DNA from: Silvanigrellaceae bacterium
GTDB taxonomy: Bacteria; Bdellovibrionota_B; Oligoflexia; Silvanigrellales; Silvanigrellaceae
Length of the DNA stretch: 31,015 nt
Assembly: GCA_049423385.1 (NCBI GenBank)
Contig: JBMSQQ010000038.1
Location: 1 to 31,015 of the forward strand
Direction: 5' to 3'
The notes beneath the pieces are model-generated. The model was not told the origin of the DNA, did no database searches, and saw nothing but the letters and a program-made list of their open reading frames with translations. Numbering within the stretch: the stretch's first letter is position 1; the number at the start of each line of letters is the position of its first letter. This document shows positions 27,001 through 31,015 of the stretch, one piece after another. The position numbers and the translations under genes were made by a program.

Positions 27001-27649
27001 TCCAGTGCTGCACCCGGACACAGACCCTGTTCTCAGTTCGGCTGAACAAGGAATGCGTTTTCATGCCCTCATGGAGCACAGCGATCCGACCAGCATCAAA
27101 GGCGGCGGATTCCTGCAACGCATGCTCTCCTCTGCAACGGTGCGCGAGCATGAATTGGAAATCTGGAGCGCCTCGGACGAAGAAGAGGACAAGCTTCAGT
27201 TTCGTCGCGGCCTGGTGGCGACCCGCCGAAAAATCATCGACTTGTTTTGCGTACTGGAAGCACGAAAATTTCCGGAAAATCTTTGGAAAAGCCCATGCAT
27301 CCTGAAAAACAGCAAGGAAATTTCAACATTGAGGCAGCAACTTGAAAACCATGTCGCTGCATTTCCGCAATTGCATTTGGTCATCGACTTCAAGACCGGC
27401 GCTCCATCGGAAGAGCACATCGATCAGATGGCCGAATACCTCGCCTGGATCAGGGAAATTCTCAACACACAACCTGCACAAATCGTCAATGACATTCATC
27501 CGACGACGTTGTTTACCGACCTCGTCAGACCTCTCGTGGGCATAATTTACTACACATCCCTCCCCCCGACCGACAACCTGCACAACTTTGCATCAGCCCT
27601 GATTTCCGTCGACAAAAACGCGTCGGTTCTTTTTGTCAGTCCTGAATAA
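24074..27649 (+). CDS. addA: AddA-like UvrD/SF1A helicase-nuclease
   Basis: AGAGAGKT (Walker A), VTFSKAA.EEL..R, STIDS, VDEYQDTN, VGDPKQSIYGFRSA, LTQNFRS, TIHGAKGLEW and YTAFTRA. C-terminal RecB-like nuclease G..FH..., IDL...IDFKTG, Q...Y. Confidence 0.88.
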   Translation: MKSKSLSPEQEKAAFFPQTLILPDEAGKRHLVIEAGAGAGKTTLLTRRVHWLLCASQQKWRLSAAQLVLVTFSKAADEELRSRVESTILNAGLADEEAQNILSRLHISTIDSLFMQIAGNLFPSWWEQTKNNLDSNTLTQWMLTEQRFPPAMTLVSEAEIIPEVSEEIVKIVEKHAMNQEKEIEILDFVLSGAFQTSASFSPAKAIHPRHQGLERIASTMLHENMIRSDAPPLRFALEKLHPSSLPLIDLLQAKARELFYRRLMHGRLTHNDRMLFLHHLLCMSEKQRENGFFGLAQVQKVSLNCRELIVDEYQDTNQLQHDILSSLIDSRDGRMVVVGDPKQSIYGFRSAHVGVFQRLKTDPAWKLIELTQNFRSHPELLPFINLLSDLTFAYRNNRIPEEFHNTTFAMTARQTYVGAKSLDAGRNESVALGEMESSQKTRVMLLGASLNRQRAADTSLLDDADPNRFAAWALARELKQISQSENGYVWSQMVVLCETNSQVLETQQNLSDFGIPCVAKLSKAVNSNQDSEKRSEDIGLLLAKWLSQPISGLEFSQFLWSGWLQLSREETSALLQACRDGKIGNQWVSDGEQRLNEANPEVRPEHETSPMLPEVWLAWMKHLSECRSLARRHFFAAWQVLRWGFGEHPQNLEMENAALALHQALEIWSIRQSIQNSGLWPGEFLMSQLQQLRLAQSRSHPERDEVSVCTIHGAKGLEWPVVVFWPHAARERQAQNFVLKSNEESTFLKWLAEDKESASLVSWIDNPNPPVDRVAIALETSRGEQLVRWSTDLQDKLEQDFERQRVFYTAFTRAREMLILMSPALQGRARSNMRDKLFRLCKGDAFEPAELNINGLEYTVLATFADMAFDLRKEKKRGAVPPPPWRGLEIEATPKTQDWQGLVRMQDYSPDWLAADPDICSPVKKTHQDDAELQSAEYTPIETMLAEHQNKATKTPWRAEVVTQEIDEAVVRVAQAPVLHPDTDPVLSSAEQGMRFHALMEHSDPTSIKGGGFLQRMLSSATVREHELEIWSASDEEEDKLQFRRGLVATRRKIIDLFCVLEARKFPENLWKSPCILKNSKEISTLRQQLENHVAAFPQLHLVIDFKTGAPSEEHIDQMAEYLAWIREILNTQPAQIVNDIHPTTLFTDLVRPLVGIIYYTSLPPTDNLHNFASALISVDKNASVLFVSPE

Positions 27650-27720
27650 CAGCTTCTTTTTCCGACATGACTATCGGACAATGAATGTGGGTCGGGACAC
27701 CACCCACGGATTGGGGATTC

Positions 27721-29418
27721 GTGATGTCGGCACTTCGAAACTTTGCTTCGGGCTTCGGAATTCTGATTTCAGCAATGCTCGGCACCACCATGGCTTGGGG
27801 CTCGGAGGGTACTCCGGTGCGCTACACCAAGGATGCATCCCAATTCTGCTTTCCAAAACTCAGTGCCGAGGATCAAGTCAAATACTATTCACGAATCGCA
27901 AACGTGGGAGCCAGCTATACGCACGGCTGCATCGGTTGCGACCAGAATGCAAATTTGCGTTCCTATACAGACCTGACAAACGATCAGCTTTGGTTCAGAA
28001 GAAACTATCTCGTCCACTTCCTCGCCAACGTTCAGTGGAAGCAGGAAGGATACGGTACTGCCGACAGGCTTGCCGTGCTTGAAAACGATCCGAAAAACAG
28101 ACCGGCGGCACTGATTCCCGACTGGTCGCTGCAGCGCGAAGGCTACACGGGTGAATGGATCTATGACATCCGCCGGGATGTGGCTCATTTGAGTGATCCT
28201 GCAATGTCGCGCTGGCTTTCCGAGAACACCGCCTATGGCAGTGCCAAGGACCTCGTGGGTGGCCCCCTGAATGTGCGCGACATGAGTCGTGCTCGCACCG
28301 GCCAACGTCGTGGGAGCCTTTATCAGACTTTCCGCAGCAATGGTCCAAACGATCCAAACGCTCCACGTGTGATTGACCTTTCACTCGACGGCGGTCGCAT
28401 GCATGATTTCTTCGATGCTTACGTCAGCCCGGACATCATGATTCCGCTGCAAAAATCGAAGTGGACCAATCCAGTGTTGAGACGCAAGGCGATCGACGCT
28501 GCCGTGGCCCACGTGAAGTCGCTCAATCCTTCGTTGATCATGGCAATTGACGCCTTGTTTTGGGATTCGGTTTCGCACGCATTGGCATACATGCGTGAAT
28601 CGAAACCCAACAGCATCGTGGTGAAAGCCTTGCTGAACATCATGGCTATGCAGGACAAAAACGGAGTGACGTTCGACGAGACGCGCCGCTTCAACGTCTC
28701 TGAGGATTTTTATCAGGTTCTCAAAGGAATCTCGCAAGACAACCAGTATGGACCCTCGATTCCCGTGCTGGTGGCACGCCTCATCAACAATCCACTCGAA
28801 GTCTTCGCGCAGAAGAAGTACGAGCCGGTATTGGGTGCAGTTTTCGGACAATACCTTTCAACCATGACGGGCCAGAATTTTGGAGAACAATTGGCACTCT
28901 GGCTGCGCAGGATGTCGACTGCCCATTCAAGCCTGGGAGTTCTTTCGAGCGAAGGCTATTACGACTCCGAGAGCAAAACGACCTATTCTGCGGAAGAGCT
29001 CGAATTCATCCGCCAGGCAAACGAAGAGTTTCAGCAGTTGACCGCCGAGAAACTCGAAGAAGCGGGATTCAAGGCAAAAGGTCTGACGCCAACCGATTCC
29101 AACAGACCCGAGCCTTCAACCCAAAAATCGGGCGGGGGAATTGTTGGTGCAATCACAAATTGGGCCATCCTCAAGGCTGTGAAGGATCTGCCACTGTTCA
29201 TGCAGTCGCTGGAACGGGCGATGCAGTATGAAAACAGGGGAATCCGCGCGTTGACGTCGCAATCGGACAACAACGTGCATCTTGTGAACGTCGACAAGTT
29301 TTTTGAGAACTTTCCATATTTCCTGAAGCCGGAGACAATGCATCCGTCCGTTTTCGGCTCCAAACAAATGGCTGGCATGATCAACAAAGCGGTTTGTCAG
29401 AGTGTGGGGCAACAATGA
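27721..29418 (+). CDS. Secreted hypothetical protein, probable divergent SGNH/GDSL hydrolase
   Basis: Signal peptide MSALRNFASGFGILISAMLGTTMAWG. RIANVGASYTHG resembles block I and ETMHPSVFGSKQMA resembles block V. Start is GTG 27721 or ATG 27724. Confidence 0.55.
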   Translation: MMSALRNFASGFGILISAMLGTTMAWGSEGTPVRYTKDASQFCFPKLSAEDQVKYYSRIANVGASYTHGCIGCDQNANLRSYTDLTNDQLWFRRNYLVHFLANVQWKQEGYGTADRLAVLENDPKNRPAALIPDWSLQREGYTGEWIYDIRRDVAHLSDPAMSRWLSENTAYGSAKDLVGGPLNVRDMSRARTGQRRGSLYQTFRSNGPNDPNAPRVIDLSLDGGRMHDFFDAYVSPDIMIPLQKSKWTNPVLRRKAIDAAVAHVKSLNPSLIMAIDALFWDSVSHALAYMRESKPNSIVVKALLNIMAMQDKNGVTFDETRRFNVSEDFYQVLKGISQDNQYGPSIPVLVARLINNPLEVFAQKKYEPVLGAVFGQYLSTMTGQNFGEQLALWLRRMSTAHSSLGVLSSEGYYDSESKTTYSAEELEFIRQANEEFQQLTAEKLEEAGFKAKGLTPTDSNRPEPSTQKSGGGIVGAITNWAILKAVKDLPLFMQSLERAMQYENRGIRALTSQSDNNVHLVNVDKFFENFPYFLKPETMHPSVFGSKQMAGMINKAVCQSVGQQ

Positions 29419-30518
29419 AAAACACGGGTCGGTTTGTGTTTTGTCTTGCAGCGTTGATGATTTCCTTGCCTGCAGTCGCGGGCAACCGCAGCAAGCGCGG
29501 CAACAAACAGCCAGCACGTGACGTGTCGGGAGCCAATGATTCAACCCGCGCCGTCGGCGTCGTGGACGTGTTTCTTTTCAAGAACCGGGAAATCTCTCAG
29601 CGATGCACCGCGACGCACGTGGGCAACGGCCTGATGGTGACGGCCGGACATTGTTTCCTGGGATCCTGGGATTGCAATGACGCGCGCGTGTCGTGGGAGA
29701 ATGAAAGCTTCACATCGCGCTGCCAGTACATCGTTTACAGCAACGCCAGCGAGTCTTATTCCAACGGACGAGAAATTTCGAACGACTTGACAGTCTTCAA
29801 GATCGACAGATGGCCTGAAGCGGTCGTTTCATTGTCTCCGGGCATCAAGCCCGAAGACAAACAGTTTGCAACGAGCGCCGTCGCAATTTCGAAAAACAAG
29901 AGCAGCAATTCGACATCCACAAAGACTTCGGCACCTTGCAATCTCGTTTTTGGGCCGGTGGTCAACATCTTTTCACAACCCAAACCTTCCGACACAGCCA
30001 AACACAACTGTGAGCTGTCGGATATCTCGAGTGGATCGCCGCTGATCAACACGAACACAAATCAACTTATTGCGATCCATCAGGGAACCAGCCTGTTGCC
30101 TGACCTGGAAAGTTCTTCCAGCGACATCGCGACCCAGCTGATTCACTATGCCAAGATCATCGCTGATATTGATATCCAGAAAGCGACATCGCTGCCCGAT
30201 GCCATGCCTTCCAACATCCGCATCGGCGGCTTCGCGGGCGAAGTTTTGAGCACGGGAATCAAGGAACCTCTCAACCTGCGCATTGCCAACGTTCAAGCCA
30301 AGTCGGGTCAGACCACAGTTTCATTTTCTGTTCACAATGGCCTCGACAGCGTGATTGAAGCCGTGGGCAGTGATGGTGGCAAGATCATCTTCGCCGGACC
30401 TCGCCGCGCCGGCCACGAGCAACGATTTCGTCTGAAGGCTCCGGTGAGATTCAACCTCACAAGCAGCCGCGGCGGCATTGCTCCCTTGGCATGGATTGAA
30501 GACATCCAGAGTCCGTGA
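29415..30518 (+). CDS. Secreted trypsin-like (S1) serine peptidase with a C-terminal beta domain
   Basis: Signal peptide, CTAT, VTAGHC (His), NDLTVFKI (Asp) and ISSGSPL (Ser). The ATG overlaps the upstream TGA (ATGA). Confidence 0.85.
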   Translation: MKNTGRFVFCLAALMISLPAVAGNRSKRGNKQPARDVSGANDSTRAVGVVDVFLFKNREISQRCTATHVGNGLMVTAGHCFLGSWDCNDARVSWENESFTSRCQYIVYSNASESYSNGREISNDLTVFKIDRWPEAVVSLSPGIKPEDKQFATSAVAISKNKSSNSTSTKTSAPCNLVFGPVVNIFSQPKPSDTAKHNCELSDISSGSPLINTNTNQLIAIHQGTSLLPDLESSSSDIATQLIHYAKIIADIDIQKATSLPDAMPSNIRIGGFAGEVLSTGIKEPLNLRIANVQAKSGQTTVSFSVHNGLDSVIEAVGSDGGKIIFAGPRRAGHEQRFRLKAPVRFNLTSSRGGIAPLAWIEDIQSP

Positions 30519-30523
30519 ATTTT

Positions 30524-30541
30524 TTCAGAAACAATTCTGAA
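30524..30541. terminator. Short hairpin filling the gap between convergent genes
   Basis: TTCAGAA-ACAA-TTCTGAA gives a 7-bp AT-rich stem. There is no U-tract downstream on either strand, so it is weak. Confidence 0.25.
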
Positions 30542-31015
30542 CTACTGCCAGCAAAGTGTTGTCGAGGAAACGGAGCACTTTGGAATGGTGTATTTGATTG
30601 GGCTCGAAAGATTGCCAGCAACATCGCGATAGCGCATGTGGAATTCGGCATCGCCTGTGCCACTTGAGGGAAAGACAATGTCTCCATCTTTGAGAATGCG
30701 ATATTTGGGGTCGGGGCGCGGGGGAGTGGTCGCAAGTGCAGTTCTGCATCGTGTGTAGGAAGACAATGGCGCATTTGCAACAGCAGTCGAAGCTCCGCCG
30801 ATGATCCAGTCGTAAATCGTGAGACCCACCTCTTCATAGTGCATCGCACCGTTATCTTCCAATTTGCCAATTCGATTGAGGTCATCGTGGAATATGTACG
30901 CATAGATTCCACCCAAAAAAGTGGCGTTGCCACCTTTCAAGCCGTTTCGGTTCTTTTCGTCATCTTTGACGGTAGGATCCGTCGAAAAACCAAACTGGAT
31001 GCACGTTCCTTCCCC
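30542..31015 (-). CDS. C-terminal part of a probable secreted/surface protein (partial, runs off the right edge)
   Basis: The frame is open from 31015 (GEGTCIQFGFSTDP...) to the stop at 30542. YRDVAGNLS is a DxAGN motif typical of bacterial Ig-like repeats, and the end is Cys-containing. Confidence 0.7.
   Translation of the reverse strand, partial: GEGTCIQFGFSTDPTVKDDEKNRNGLKGGNATFLGGIYAYIFHDDLNRIGKLEDNGAMHYEEVGLTIYDWIIGGASTAVANAPLSSYTRCRTALATTPPRPDPKYRILKDGDIVFPSSGTGDAEFHMRYRDVAGNLSSPIKYTIPKCSVSSTTLCWQ

Noticed and set aside
30457..30933. 158-aa alternative-frame ORF
   Set aside because: It overlaps the protease 3' end and lacks motifs. The frame ending at 30542 is open to the window edge and carries a DxAGN motif.

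Overview
A dense bacterial chromosomal segment of about 20 genes with moderate GC. I found no rRNA, tRNA, CRISPR array, transposase or integrase. Housekeeping genes are khpA, an MscS channel, DedA, sanA, gltX, an M16 peptidase, miaA, endonuclease-type mutL, fadD and a divergent addB-addA pair. They are interleaved with secreted or envelope proteins: an animal-like GH13 lipoprotein alpha-amylase, a divergent SGNH-like protein coupled to a trypsin-like protease, and a partial Ig-like protein. The gene mix resembles a deltaproteobacterial-grade (Bdellovibrionota/Oligoflexia-like) organism, but that is inference only. Best candidates for new biology: (1) three neighbouring unannotated envelope genes that each appear to carry an FlgT-C-like domain, two also with a CsgG/TolB-N-like domain and two with C-terminal beta-barrels, one with a Tat-like signal; (2) a minimal siroheme/4Fe-4S sulfite/nitrite-reductase module fused to a long acidic disordered tail; (3) tandem 28-bp copies of the amylase 3' end that differ mainly by synonymous or conservative changes. 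All domain calls come from reading motifs by eye; no searches were run.
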